Below are positions 21,528 to 32,582 of a stretch of 64,000 bases of DNA, piece by piece (positions within the stretch are counted from its first letter, which is position 1; each line of letters opens with the position of its first letter). Source of the stretch: Histomonas meleagridis 2922-C6/04-290x (Eukaryota > Protista > Parabasalia). The position numbers and the translations under genes are program-made. The notes beneath the pieces are model-generated. The model ran no database searches. It saw nothing but the letters and a program-made list of their open reading frames with translations, and had not been told where the DNA came from. Location: assembly GCA_020184695.1 (NCBI GenBank), contig JAANOX010000243.1:372001-436000 (forward strand), written 5' to 3'.

Positions 21528-22802
21528 ATGAGCGAAAAAGAGAAAAAAGACACACAAGTCAAAGCGAATGATGAACACATCATATTAAAGTCTGCTTTCA
21601 ATGTCTCCAAACATCTTTTTTTGTTGTTGTATCATCTTCTTCTTTGGATCTTCAATTTAATTAAATCATTCTTTTCTCAAAAACCAACCAAAAGTCAAGA
21701 ACAAGAAGAAGAAAGTACAATAGATTCTCAAATTGTTAACACCCAATTTGATATCACAAGTAAGATTTTCATTACACAACAACTTGTTGTTACAGAAGAA
21801 CAGCCAGCGCCTGAAGTTCAAAATTCCAAGAAAGAAGAAATTAAAAATCTTTATAATTCATATGTAAAGAAAGAAAAAGCAGAACGCAAGTTCGACCAAA
21901 AGCAATTCACAGATCGTACTAATGCCATCAACGAACTCATTACCACAGAAGTTAAATACAAATCATTTCTTGAAACTCTTCTTACACTTTATCGATCAAA
22001 TCTTTCCAAAGTTATACCTCCAGACACCGACAAACTTTTCTTTGGTAACATCGAACCACTCATTCAACTTAGTAAATCCTATAGTGATTCATTTGCCAAA
22101 GAATACAAACGAGGCATTGACAAATGCGTTATTTCCAATTGTTTCAAGACCAACGAATCACTCCGAATCTTTGCTCCATACATCTCAAGTTATAATGAAA
22201 TACTTTCTGAATATAGTAAACTCATTGCTACAAACAAGAAAGCTAAAAAACTCATTCAAACGATCGAAACGACAAACCCGACGACACTTTTCATGTCACT
22301 GATGATTATGCCGATACAGCGGTTAACACGATATGTACTTTTACTAAAAACTATCGATAAAGCAACCCCCGATTGGCATGAAGATCATAAGAAGCTTGGA
22401 GGTGTTATTGAAAGGATTCAACAACTTGCAGAAGAAGCAGATAGAAAATGTACTGAAAATGATAATAAAAGAGCATTAGTTGAACTTGCATTAACAATTC
22501 CTAAATCGTCAAGAATTATAAAGCCTTCAAGAACACTAATTTGCGCTTATCAATTAAGTAATGGTTTGGAATTAAATCTACTAAATGATGTAATCCTATT
22601 AACCAAATTTGATAGCAAAGAAAAGGAAAAGAAACACCAAAGAACTTTGAAGGCAGCCCTTTACTTAAAGGATATTATGGACATAAAAATTGGTGATGAA
22701 ATGATTGTTATCAATACAAGGAAATCAATATTAAAAATGAAAGCAAACAAGGAAAATATTGACTTCATTACAAAAGTTCAAAAATTAATGAAGAAAGATT
22801 AA
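21528..22802 (+). CDS. RhoGEF (DH plus PH-like) protein with an N-terminal hydrophobic segment
   Basis: RTNAINELITTEVKYKSFL, LFFGNIEPLIQLS, SLMIMPIQRLTRYVLLLKTIDKATPDWHEDH are DH-domain motifs. Confidence 0.92.
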   Translation: MSEKEKKDTQVKANDEHIILKSAFNVSKHLFLLLYHLLLWIFNLIKSFFSQKPTKSQEQEEESTIDSQIVNTQFDITSKIFITQQLVVTEEQPAPEVQNSKKEEIKNLYNSYVKKEKAERKFDQKQFTDRTNAINELITTEVKYKSFLETLLTLYRSNLSKVIPPDTDKLFFGNIEPLIQLSKSYSDSFAKEYKRGIDKCVISNCFKTNESLRIFAPYISSYNEILSEYSKLIATNKKAKKLIQTIETTNPTTLFMSLMIMPIQRLTRYVLLLKTIDKATPDWHEDHKKLGGVIERIQQLAEEADRKCTENDNKRALVELALTIPKSSRIIKPSRTLICAYQLSNGLELNLLNDVILLTKFDSKEKEKKHQRTLKAALYLKDIMDIKIGDEMIVINTRKSILKMKANKENIDFITKVQKLMKKD

Positions 22803-23236
22803 TAAAATTATTATACCATTTTTAATTTATGTTTTATATAGATCAACATGTTGTGAGAAATATCAATTACCAACTCATGAATAGAGGGAAATACAATTTA
22901 TGCTGTGTAATAATATCGATGAATTATTAAAATTTAATGATTAACTAATCAAATATTTCCACCTTTATAGCAGTACTAGCTTCATGTTATATAAGAATTA
23001 GGCCAAATATTAGAAACCATCTATCCCTTAATTGGAGAAAAGCGTGTTTATTTAGCGATGTTAATTATCAAATCAAGTTCTTGTTATTTTTGAATTGGCT
23101 GTATCAGAAAGAAAATAAATCTTTAAAAAGAAAATTATGTATATGATTATATTAAATGTTTATATAAATAATTTTTAAATATTTAAAACATGTTTTTTGG
23201 GGATTTCCAATAAATAATGCCACTTTTGCGTTCAAT

Positions 23237-23875
23237 ATGGAAAACAACAAAACAAAGTCAACTCGCCACAAGACAAGAAATAAAGTCAATACCCAAATCG
23301 TTGGTGATTGTAATGTTGGCAAAAGTTCGTTGATATCAGCTTATATTCCTAATGCTTCCACTAATTCAGACGAATCTTCTCCAAATAATGAATCTCCTGC
23401 AATGAAATCAAAGCTAGTTAGCTGTGAAGGGAAAACATTTAAATTGTGTATTTATGATCGCGGTATGGCTGAAGAAGATTGGAAGTTTATCGATTCCAGT
23501 TATCAAAATGCAGATGTTATTCTAATTTGCTTTTCGCTTATAGATCCAAGTTCTTTGGAAAGTGTTACTGAGCGATGGGTTCCTGACATTAAAGCAGTTG
23601 CATCCAAGACGCCTATTATTTTGGTTGGAATGAAATCAGATCTTCGAGATGAACCAAATCTCAAAACGAGCACACTATTTGAACCTATTTCAACAGAGAA
23701 AGGCGAAACAATTTCAAAAGAAATTGAAGCATTTGGTTATATTGAATGTTCATCCAAAACCAAATATAACATAAACGAAGTCTTTGAGCTATCACTACAA
23801 AGTTATGTAAAGAATTTGGAGCTTCAAAAATCTACACCAAAAGAAGAGGAAAATGAAACATGTATCATCTTTTAA
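23237..23875 (+). CDS. Atypical Rho-family small GTPase
   Basis: GDCNVGKS (G1), YQNADVILICFSL, VTERWVPDI, GMKSDLRD (G4), YIECSSKT (G5), CIIF CaaX. Switch I and G3 are degenerate. Confidence 0.88.
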   Translation: MENNKTKSTRHKTRNKVNTQIVGDCNVGKSSLISAYIPNASTNSDESSPNNESPAMKSKLVSCEGKTFKLCIYDRGMAEEDWKFIDSSYQNADVILICFSLIDPSSLESVTERWVPDIKAVASKTPIILVGMKSDLRDEPNLKTSTLFEPISTEKGETISKEIEAFGYIECSSKTKYNINEVFELSLQSYVKNLELQKSTPKEEENETCIIF

Positions 23876-24181
23876 GGTGTTTTTAATTATGATTAACTAA
23901 TAAAATAAATATTTTTAATAAGGAATGAAATAATTTCATTACAATTTATTATATGTGAGTTTATTATTATTTCAACTCAACTCAACACTTAGGGGTAATT
24001 CTATTTTTAATCACGAGATAAAAATTGGGGACCCCAAAAATTGTACAGACGATATAATATACAATATCACGATACCAATTTTCAATGGAAAGTGGCATAT
24101 TTTGTGTCACAATAAAATTTGAATGAGTTACGATAAATTGGTAATCTGAGATGATCGCCTAACATTTTATTTAAAGCAAGC

Positions 24182-24982
24182 ATGATGAAAAGCATTCGCC
24201 TTAATAATGGCGTGGAAATGCCTATGATTGGATATGGTGTTTATTTAATCCCATCTAATAAGACAGAGCAATGCGTTTTAGACGCTTTAAACACAGGATA
24301 TCGATCAATAGACACTGCTCAATGTTATGGGAACGAACATGAAGTTGGCCTAGCTGTGAAAAAATCTGGAATACCTAGAGAACAAGTATTTATTACTACT
24401 AAGCTATGGGGATGCCGTGGATATCAAGATACTGTAAAATCCATCAATGGTTCATTACGCGAACTTGATCTTGGATATATTGATCTTTTACTGATTCATG
24501 AACCCACTGGAAATTATCTCGAGATTTATCGCGCTATGGAAGATGCATATAACGAAGGCAAATTACGTTCTATAGGTGTTGCTAATTTCCTTGAAGATGA
24601 TTTCATGAAACTCGTAAACAATTGTCGCGTCATTCCAGCCGTCAATCAGGTCGAAACACATGTGTTCAGACAACAGAAAAATTTGGTTCCTCTTTTACAG
24701 AAATATGGAACTGCTCATGAGGCATGGTCGCCAGTTGCTGCAGGAAAAAACAGAATCTTTAAAAATCCTGTTTTAGTACAGATTGCGAAAGCGCATGGAA
24801 AAACAACAGCGCAAATTGCGTTGAAGTTTTTGTACCAGCAAAATATCATTATAATACCAAAATCTACTCACATTGAGAGGATGAGAGAAAATTTACAAGT
24901 TGATGATTTCGAACTCACCGAAAATGAGTTAAATGAAATAAGGGCACTCGATAAAGGCAAAAGCCTATTCGGTTGGTGGTAG
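24182..24982 (+). CDS. Aldo/keto reductase (2,5-diketo-D-gluconate reductase-like, bacterial-type)
   Basis: GYRSIDTAQCYGNE (Asp, Tyr), FITTKLW (Lys), DLLLIHEP (His), IGVANF, IIPKS..ERMRENL. Confidence 0.95.
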   Translation: MMKSIRLNNGVEMPMIGYGVYLIPSNKTEQCVLDALNTGYRSIDTAQCYGNEHEVGLAVKKSGIPREQVFITTKLWGCRGYQDTVKSINGSLRELDLGYIDLLLIHEPTGNYLEIYRAMEDAYNEGKLRSIGVANFLEDDFMKLVNNCRVIPAVNQVETHVFRQQKNLVPLLQKYGTAHEAWSPVAAGKNRIFKNPVLVQIAKAHGKTTAQIALKFLYQQNIIIIPKSTHIERMRENLQVDDFELTENELNEIRALDKGKSLFGWW

Positions 24983-25155
24983 CTAAACATATTTTATAAT
25001 TTATTTTATTGAAATTAAATTCTAGTTTAATATTGTCATGTGATCTAATGTTGTTTTCCTTTCCATAGTCAGGGGATTAACGTTATGATGAAAATCCGAA
25101 TAATATTACTCCAAAACAAAACACTTAATGCTTCAGAAAAAAAATCAAACAAAAT

Positions 25156-26229
25156 TTATTCTTCATTCTCTCCTATATGTAGCTCTATATTTTTTGTCTC
25201 TTTTGCTTCTTTTTGGAGCAATTTTTTTTGCAATTGCAAACATTTTTTATTTATCTGATTTAATTGATCAACTAAATCAGAATAAGAATCAGAGACTTGG
25301 AACTCACTTAATTCCATCTGTGCTTCTGCAAGCTTCCAGCATAACCCTTTCACAATGTTTTGCTGTGATTTTAGCTGCTCAACAAATTCTTCGGTTACAG
25401 GTGGCACTTTTTGCTCTGCCAAATTTTTTTCGGTTTTTTCGCCGTTAAGTTCTTCCAAGTGCGAAATGAGTTCTCTGTCGTGACTCAGCTTTTCAGTGAG
25501 TAAAATGTCCATTGTTCTAAGAGCATGACTCTCTTCTTCAAGCGAATTACATTTGGCTCGAATTTTGGATATCTTTGATTTCATTTTTTCATTGGAAAGT
25601 TCAAGTGTAGCTTTTTGGGTGATAAGAGATTCTAAGCTTTTGTTAACACGATCAGCAGCTTCACCGATACCATAGTGCTTACGAGAATCAATTGCTTCAC
25701 CTTGAAGCTTTGCATATTCAGCTTGGAGAGCTTGAAGCTCGTCTTGTCGTGCTTTAGATGAGCCGCCTTTTTTAAGAAGAGCGTCAATGTCAAAATCATC
25801 ACCACATTCGTTTGCTATTTCTTGGTATAATTCTTTGAGTTCTTTTGATAGAGCTTCGTTTTGAGTTCGAATAGAGTTGATCGTGTCGTCTGTTAGGTTT
25901 GTTTGTGGTTGCTGTTGTTCAATTGTTTTCCCTTCAATTTTTGCAATATTAGTTTGGTATTTATTTATACGTTTTTCTTCATATTCGACAGCTTTTGTTA
26001 AACTAGTCAATTGTCTATCAAGGCCTATTATTTCTTTTTGATTTTTTTCTTTCTGTGCTTCTAGATTAAATTGTTTTGTCGTTTCTTGAACTTGAATTTC
26101 TTTTTCTATTGCTTTAATTTCTTGCTTTATCGATTCTATAGTAGCGTCAAGTGGATTTATTGTATCATGATCTGAATTTAAATCTAAATTGTCATCGAGA
26201 TTTGGATCATCCCCAATCCCAACGAACAT
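25156..26229 (-). CDS. Coiled-coil protein, possibly CCDC13-like
   Basis: 357-aa ORF. ECGDDFDIDALLKKGGSSKARQDELQALQ and LTEKLSHDRELISHL recall CCDC13 blocks from memory; unverified. Confidence 0.6.
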   Translation of the reverse strand: MFVGIGDDPNLDDNLDLNSDHDTINPLDATIESIKQEIKAIEKEIQVQETTKQFNLEAQKEKNQKEIIGLDRQLTSLTKAVEYEEKRINKYQTNIAKIEGKTIEQQQPQTNLTDDTINSIRTQNEALSKELKELYQEIANECGDDFDIDALLKKGGSSKARQDELQALQAEYAKLQGEAIDSRKHYGIGEAADRVNKSLESLITQKATLELSNEKMKSKISKIRAKCNSLEEESHALRTMDILLTEKLSHDRELISHLEELNGEKTEKNLAEQKVPPVTEEFVEQLKSQQNIVKGLCWKLAEAQMELSEFQVSDSYSDLVDQLNQINKKCLQLQKKLLQKEAKETKNIELHIGENEE

Positions 26230-26380
26230 TTATGTCATTTTGTTTTGCGAATTTTTATTTAATGCCATAAACGAACTTCAAAAATCAGTTTTTCAGAGTT
26301 TTTGATGGGAATTGTATTTTGCACGAAAAATTTGAATGAAAAAAACGTGTCAATGACTTTTCCTTTTAATATCCTCAAGG

Positions 26381-28000
26381 ATGGATCTGGTTTCAGATGT
26401 GCCAGAACTCCCTGGAGACTTATTGCCTGATCGCAAAGAAATGTTGGCTCAAAGCACATCTGAACTTGGGCCACCTGATCTTGTTCGTATTCAAAAGACA
26501 GGAAAAAATTCAAATTTTTTATCTCATTATGTAATTGGCACACATATAGAAGGGGAAAAATCAATCAGAAGCTACCACCAGTGGATGTTAAAAAATAGAC
26601 CAAAAAAGATTTTAGGAAAATACAAATATAATATCACAGATTTTGTTTACTGCTGTTGGAACTCTTTTTCAAATCATGACGTTCATTTCAAAATTAACGC
26701 TAACAATGATTTTTCAATTGAAGTCCATACATTAGATAAGAAACCTCCAAATTCTGATAGACAAAAACTATTCAAAGAAATTCGTTTGTCTGCCGTTTTA
26801 CGATTTTGGATGAATCCATCTCCTCTTTTTCGGGTTATTTATAATTATCCATATAAAAATTATCCAGAAATTAGAACAGTTATTCCTCCTAAGCTAACAT
26901 CAGATGACCTTCTATACATTGCCACCAATCATCCCCAAAGTTATTATGTTGAATTAGCCATATCAAATTACTTAATATCAATTGGTAATCAGATTGATAT
27001 TGAGTCTAATTTGCACAAACTCATTCCTTTTCTTCCTCGCGTTGCTTCTCACGTTTATCGCTTGCTTCCAAATTATATTTCTTTTAAGTCTCGTCTTTCA
27101 GAATTTTTAATTGAATCGTATCGCTTTTCTCCAGATGATATTTTCATTGCATATAATTGTATAATTTCATCTCCTCAACCAATCAACTCTGAATCCTTTT
27201 TACCCATTCTTCTAAATTCACTTTGGGCATCCCCGATTGCTTGTGCAGGATTAGCTCACTTAGTGATGAAAAGTGATGATCCTGAAGATGCTATATTTTG
27301 TCTTAACGCTGCATTTTACGCTAAGCTCTACCACCAAAGCGAGGCGCCTAAATTAGAACCGACGCCTGTCAAATCCAAAAAAGGGGCACGCCAAAAACCG
27401 TCGGTATTTGAGAAGGAACTTCTTTTTTCCTCTCAAATTATTGACAACAACTTAATCATATACCAGGAATTCACTGAACTCACAAAAGCAATCACACCAA
27501 TAAGACTTAAGACCATACTAAAGACAAAGTTTGTGTCAACACAAGATACAATTCATGTTCCATCTGATACAGAATTTCCTATATTTCACAAACAAAATGA
27601 AATCGACAATTTATATGACCCTGGTGTTGCATCGGATATATCTGTTCCTCCAGTGATTAGAAATATCCCATTATCCACAGAATTTTCAAGATTAGCAAAT
27701 ATCGCTCTTGAAGATATCTACTTCAGAGACCAAGCATTACGAACTAAAAAGATAGAAAACGAAGGTGACGCACAAAAAGCGTTGTTCGTTGCCCTTCGAC
27801 TAAATAATGAGGAATTGTACAAAATCGCAATCGAGTCATTGAAAACTATGAAAAAGATGAGGCCTGTATACGAAGTTATGCGTCTTAAATTTAAGTGCGA
27901 ACCAAACTTTGAGATTAGTAAAAGTTCAAAATTGACACCAAAAGAAAAATCGGGTCTAATAACAGCGCGAGAAGTTGCAAAGGGAATTTTCGGGATTTAA
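26381..28000 (+). CDS. ChAPs (exomer cargo-adaptor, Bch/Bud7/Chs6)-like protein
   Basis: 539-aa ORF. N-terminal LGPPDLVRIQK...SHYVIG resembles the ChAPs LGPPDL..L.K...F.YV.G motif; helical TPR-like body. Confidence 0.55.
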   Translation: MDLVSDVPELPGDLLPDRKEMLAQSTSELGPPDLVRIQKTGKNSNFLSHYVIGTHIEGEKSIRSYHQWMLKNRPKKILGKYKYNITDFVYCCWNSFSNHDVHFKINANNDFSIEVHTLDKKPPNSDRQKLFKEIRLSAVLRFWMNPSPLFRVIYNYPYKNYPEIRTVIPPKLTSDDLLYIATNHPQSYYVELAISNYLISIGNQIDIESNLHKLIPFLPRVASHVYRLLPNYISFKSRLSEFLIESYRFSPDDIFIAYNCIISSPQPINSESFLPILLNSLWASPIACAGLAHLVMKSDDPEDAIFCLNAAFYAKLYHQSEAPKLEPTPVKSKKGARQKPSVFEKELLFSSQIIDNNLIIYQEFTELTKAITPIRLKTILKTKFVSTQDTIHVPSDTEFPIFHKQNEIDNLYDPGVASDISVPPVIRNIPLSTEFSRLANIALEDIYFRDQALRTKKIENEGDAQKALFVALRLNNEELYKIAIESLKTMKKMRPVYEVMRLKFKCEPNFEISKSSKLTPKEKSGLITAREVAKGIFGI

Positions 28001-28297
28001 TCATTTGTTTAAAATAATAATAAAATATTAATATTGATTTAATTATTTTTGAATTTTTTTTTATTATCAAAATCAACTTTCCAAATAAAAATAAAAAATT
28101 TATTCATATGTTAAATAATCCACAACACGAATAAGTGTGGGGACATTTTACAAGACCTTTTAACTGGTGTAAAATTCTGGATCACTTTTGAGAGGGATTC
28201 ACTGTGCAAGGCACCCTAATTCCACTTTTTCATATAAAATATTTTCGGTCCAGTTTGGACTCATCCAACCACTCCTCAGTTGACACAAGTCCAAAGG

Positions 28298-30098
28298 GGA
28301 TCAATTACACAACCGCAGACCAAACCTCCAAATCCTCTCAATCGATTTTTAAAGGGTAAATTCCGAACGATATAAAACGATCCCACTTTTTAAAAGAAAT
28401 TATTATTCTATCAATTTGATTTTCAATAAAAAAATATAAATGACACCTATTTTGAATGAAAATAGAAAATGAAATACGGTTTGGCAAAATACAGTCCGAT
28501 TAAAAAACATTAAAAAAGTGATGAGTGTCACAATAACTTATTGAATACTTTATGAATGTGTAAACTATTCATTGATCAAAGTTGAAATTTGAGTAAAACT
28601 ATATTACGTCATATATATACCTAAAGTTTATTAGAATGATTTAGATATGATTATGACCGAAATTTATATGATAGCATTAAATTCGAATCTTATATATAAA
28701 TATTCATTATTTCTGATATTTTTTTTTTGTTGTAATGAAATACGATATAAAAATATTCGATTAATCAAATTTGTATATATATAATTCTAATAGTTCAAAT
28801 ATCATGAAATAATAATATTGTATTTAAACAAAGCGGATTTATATAAAGTCTATTTCGATAATTGGATATCATCCTTTTATCATTTCGATGAATTTGGATT
28901 TAAATAATATATCATTCGAATTATATCTGTATTTATATTTTTTGATGATATCATATGCACTGTTTTACATGTTTATAAGTAATTCCAAATGTTTATATGA
29001 AATATCTATATTTCCGAATATAATTTGAAAATACCAAATGATTAAAATGAATACAAAAGAAAATAAATATCTATAGTATTAATATCATATTATTTTTGTT
29101 CCATAAGTAATTTAACTATTTATGCATGACCACTTGAAGATGCCCATAGTGCTGCTTATAATATTTAAGATAAAATTACTAAAGTGTTTTTTTAATAGAA
29201 TAAATAAATATCATTAGCATTTATACCACCGATTTCTTTTTGTACTTTTGCAACTGCATAATGACCTTGTCATATTGCATAATGAGGTGCTGTTTCATTA
29301 ATTTCATATAAATTACAAAAGATATAACACAGTAAATATTCATGAGAAACATTTTTACTATATATATAATTACATAATGAAGAATTATTAATTATAACAA
29401 TTCTATGAGATTAAAAAATGACAAATTATTAGTACTTTCAGAAGCATCCGACTTCTAATATTAGAATTATGATTCGAAATATTGATATATTTTTTTATTG
29501 ATCAAAATTTCCTCTTACATTATGTGAACTATTATAAATACAATCTATATTCACCATCATGATACATAATGTAAATATCATAGAATAAACTATCTCATCT
29601 GTGAAATCCGAATGAAACGAAACATATTAAAAAATAAAATTTAATAATAAATGCATTGCTTTGGAATATATAAAATATTCAAAGTTATCGAAAATAAATA
29701 AAAGCCTTAATATCTTATTTATGTAAAACATGATTTCTAAAGTCACAAAACATTAATGTTTATTAAATATTTATTAATAAAAAAATCAAAAACCCATATC
29801 ACTCACTGTGATTCGTGTAAAATCAATGAATAGTTTACACATTCATAAAGTATTCAATAAGTTATTGTGACACTCATCATTTTTTTAATGTTTTTTAATC
29901 GGACTGTATTTTGCCAAACCGTATTTCATTTTCTATTTTCATTCAAAATAGGTGTCATTTATATTTTTATTGAAAATCAAATTGATAGAATAATAATTTC
30001 TTTTAAAAAGTGGGATCGTTTTATATCGTTCGGAATTTACCCTTTAAAAATCGATTGAGAGGATTTGGAGGTTTGGTCTGCGGTTGTGTAATTGATCC
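28298..30098. mobile_element. Non-autonomous TIR element, 1801 bp, ~278-bp TIRs, 8-bp TSD
   Basis: TIRs 28298-28576 and 29822-30098 (termini GGATCAATTACAC / GTGTAATTGATCC). Exact TSD TCCAAAGG at 28290-28297 and 30099-30106. No transposase inside. Confidence 0.93.
28880..29165 (-). repeat. Decayed interrupted-ankyrin 3' end inside the TIR element
   Basis: The reverse complement shows GCAGCACTATGGGCATCTTCAAGTGGTCATGC..ATAGTTAAATTACTT..GATATTAATACT..GATATTTATTT, the insert (TTTCATATAAACATTTGGAATTAC), then the terminal module TVHMISSKNINTDIIRMI. Confidence 0.75.
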
Positions 30099-30316
30099 TC
30101 CAAAGGCACTGGGTTTGTGTCATTTTTGTGACTATGAAAGACATTTACGCACCAGTTTAAAATCATGGTGAACGTTATTGTAAAAAAAATACGTTAATTT
30201 ACTTCACATAGTTGTGCTTAGATCTAACGTATTTACAAGTCGCAGCGTTGGTGTAAATATAAAAACGATAATAACATTAAAGAAAGTGAAAAACAATAAA
30301 TAAAACAAGGCCATGT

Positions 30317-30982
30317 TTAACCTTTTAAGATTCCATCAATAATGTCTTTCAAAGGATCAAGTTGTTCTTGAGGAATTAAGTTAAACTCTTTTGTGAAGTA
30401 TATAAACTGTTTGAACGATGTGTTCAGATGGACCATTGTTCCTAATTCTTTGAAGTTCTCCAAATGGTGGTAATAGCAGTGTGCATAAATCCTGAAAAGT
30501 CTTTTCATTATGTTCTTAACAATAGATTCAAAGTTCTTTGGGAAAGAAACGCCGATCATTGATGGAAATATTGCTTCATCATCAAGTTGATTTTCAACCC
30601 ACTCAAAAAGAAGCTTAATGTATTCGCATGCTGGGACATCTCTAGGCTTTGAACGCCCATCAGACCATAAATATTTATATCCAGGTCCTGCTGTCATTTG
30701 AGGACATGTTTCCGGAGTACAAAATTCCGTAACAGTTGCATATAGCATTGATAACTGTTTGTAAAAATCAACGACATTAACAGCAAGCCATTCATTGAGA
30801 TCTTCACCTTCTGGAAGTTGTACAGCTTCTTTCATATTTCCAAAACCTAAAGTGTCCATTGCATGTTGTTGGAGTGCCTGCCTTTTGGGATTGGAAAAGA
30901 ATTTCTTCATTGGCTTGAATGTTGCTTTGCTACTTGATTGAAACCAATTCATTTTTGGAAATGGTATTTTATAGACGATCAT
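30317..30982 (-). CDS. MOB1: MOB kinase activator, second paralogue (start could be Met 30952)
   Basis: AVQLPEGEDLNEWLAVNVVDFY, CPQMTAGPGYKYLWSDG, KRLFRIYAHCYYHH. Confidence 0.96.
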   Translation of the reverse strand: MIVYKIPFPKMNWFQSSSKATFKPMKKFFSNPKRQALQQHAMDTLGFGNMKEAVQLPEGEDLNEWLAVNVVDFYKQLSMLYATVTEFCTPETCPQMTAGPGYKYLWSDGRSKPRDVPACEYIKLLFEWVENQLDDEAIFPSMIGVSFPKNFESIVKNIMKRLFRIYAHCYYHHLENFKELGTMVHLNTSFKQFIYFTKEFNLIPQEQLDPLKDIIDGILKG

Positions 30983-31289
30983 TTTTAATTGAAATTCCTA
31001 CGATAGAGAAGTTGATTTGACAATGAGGAAATTTACAATAGTTTACAAAGCCGAAGAATTCTGTCAAAATTGAATTGAAAGAAAATTTTTAACAAAAAAT
31101 CTCATTGTCTTGCTATGTATTTATAAAACCTTAATGTTTCAATAAAGACCAAAATTGAGAATTATAATTTTAATCAAAAATATGTTTAAAATGTTTGACA
31201 ATAAAATAGAGATATAAAAATTAAAGAAGTAATGATTTGAGGGATCACATAGAAAAAATTAAATAAATGACGTTTACATTTCCCCATTC

Positions 31290-32078
31290 ATGAAGAAATG
31301 GCTAGCTGTGGTCATTACAGTTAGTTTTAGTTTATTACTCGTCTTTTTATTCTGTCTTCAGATCTGTTGCTGCCATAGTTTATCGCAATCCACTTACAGA
31401 ATTGTTATTATGATTTCAATGACAATATTATCTTTTATTTTAATTATTGTATTAAAATCATATCAATACTTTCATTTCTTTCATGAGTGGGAACTATCTT
31501 TGTGGGCGGCATTTGAATCTATTCTTCTATTCTTTGGTGCAATAGTTCAAAATGAACTAGATTCACATAATAAAATGATCATAACCAAAAGGATTTCATT
31601 TGGGCATTTCACTGTGAAGCGTATTATACATTATTGGAATTGTGATTCTCTAAAAGCAGTTATCTTAGCTCCAATTTGTGAAGAAATGATTTTTCGTGGG
31701 TTTACTTGTTCTCTTTGGGAACTTTCAGGAATCTCAACTACTAAAATCATATTTCTCTCCCCAATTGCATTTGGTGTTTGTCACTTCTATAAGTTCTTTT
31801 TTGAAGAAGGCAAATTTATGCAGAAATTATGGAATTACTTGTTTCAGTGCACTTTCGTTACCGTATTTGGATGGTGGCAAGCTTGTATGTGGATGAAAAC
31901 GCACAATTACATTCTTTGTGTTTTCATTCATAGTTTTTGTAATTTTATGGAATTTCCAAACCTTATAAAATTATGGAAGTGGAAAATATTTATGCAGAAA
32001 ATTTTCATTTGGATTTGCTATTTCATTGGAATTGGTGCATTTGTTTGTATTAATGTATTTATCATATTTAAAAAATAG
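31290..32078 (+). CDS. RCE1: CAAX prenyl protease 2 (Rce1, CPBP/Abi family)
   Basis: APICEEMIFRG, FGVCHF, HSFCNFM motifs; multiple TM segments. Confidence 0.9.
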   Translation: MKKWLAVVITVSFSLLLVFLFCLQICCCHSLSQSTYRIVIMISMTILSFILIIVLKSYQYFHFFHEWELSLWAAFESILLFFGAIVQNELDSHNKMIITKRISFGHFTVKRIIHYWNCDSLKAVILAPICEEMIFRGFTCSLWELSGISTTKIIFLSPIAFGVCHFYKFFFEEGKFMQKLWNYLFQCTFVTVFGWWQACMWMKTHNYILCVFIHSFCNFMEFPNLIKLWKWKIFMQKIFIWICYFIGIGAFVCINVFIIFKK

Positions 32079-32582
32079 AATATTTATATTCAGTTTATTT
32101 TATTTAATGTAATTGAATGATTTGAAAATGATTCATTGATATAAATTTTTATTTTTTCTTTAGTTATTTCTTAATACATGTACAAAAGTTTTAATATATT
32201 ATAGTAAAATAGTTAATATTTTAGCAGACGGATATATGTTTATTTCGTTCTAAAATGCTTAAACTAACATTTAATGACAATTTGTAAAGAAAGAAAAAAT
32301 TTTCTTAAAATTTGGATAATTTTATCATATTTAATAAACGAATAAAAATGAAATTAAACATCACAAGAACATAGATGGAAATTTATTTATTAAAAAAATT
32401 TATGAATTTTCTTTTCTAAAAAATGACATTAAAACAGTTATCATCCCAAAAGCGGTTAATGCCTGTTCAAAAGTTTTCAAAAACTGCAAAGCAAGAACAG
32501 TAAATTCAATGAATAGCCGTTTATTTTATGATCGTACACCCAAAGATGCAGCGACCACTTAGCAAATTTTCATTCCTACAGA

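Noticed and set aside
28160-30164. Outer inverted repeat (TTTTAACTGGTGTAAAAT / ATTTACGCACCAGTTTAAAA) suggesting an older host element
   Set aside because: Short and gapped, with no TSD found; not supportable.
32420-32500. Tiny BspA-like peptide NDIKTVIIPKAVNACSKVFKNC upstream of p23
   Set aside because: Too short to separate from chance; at most a relic.
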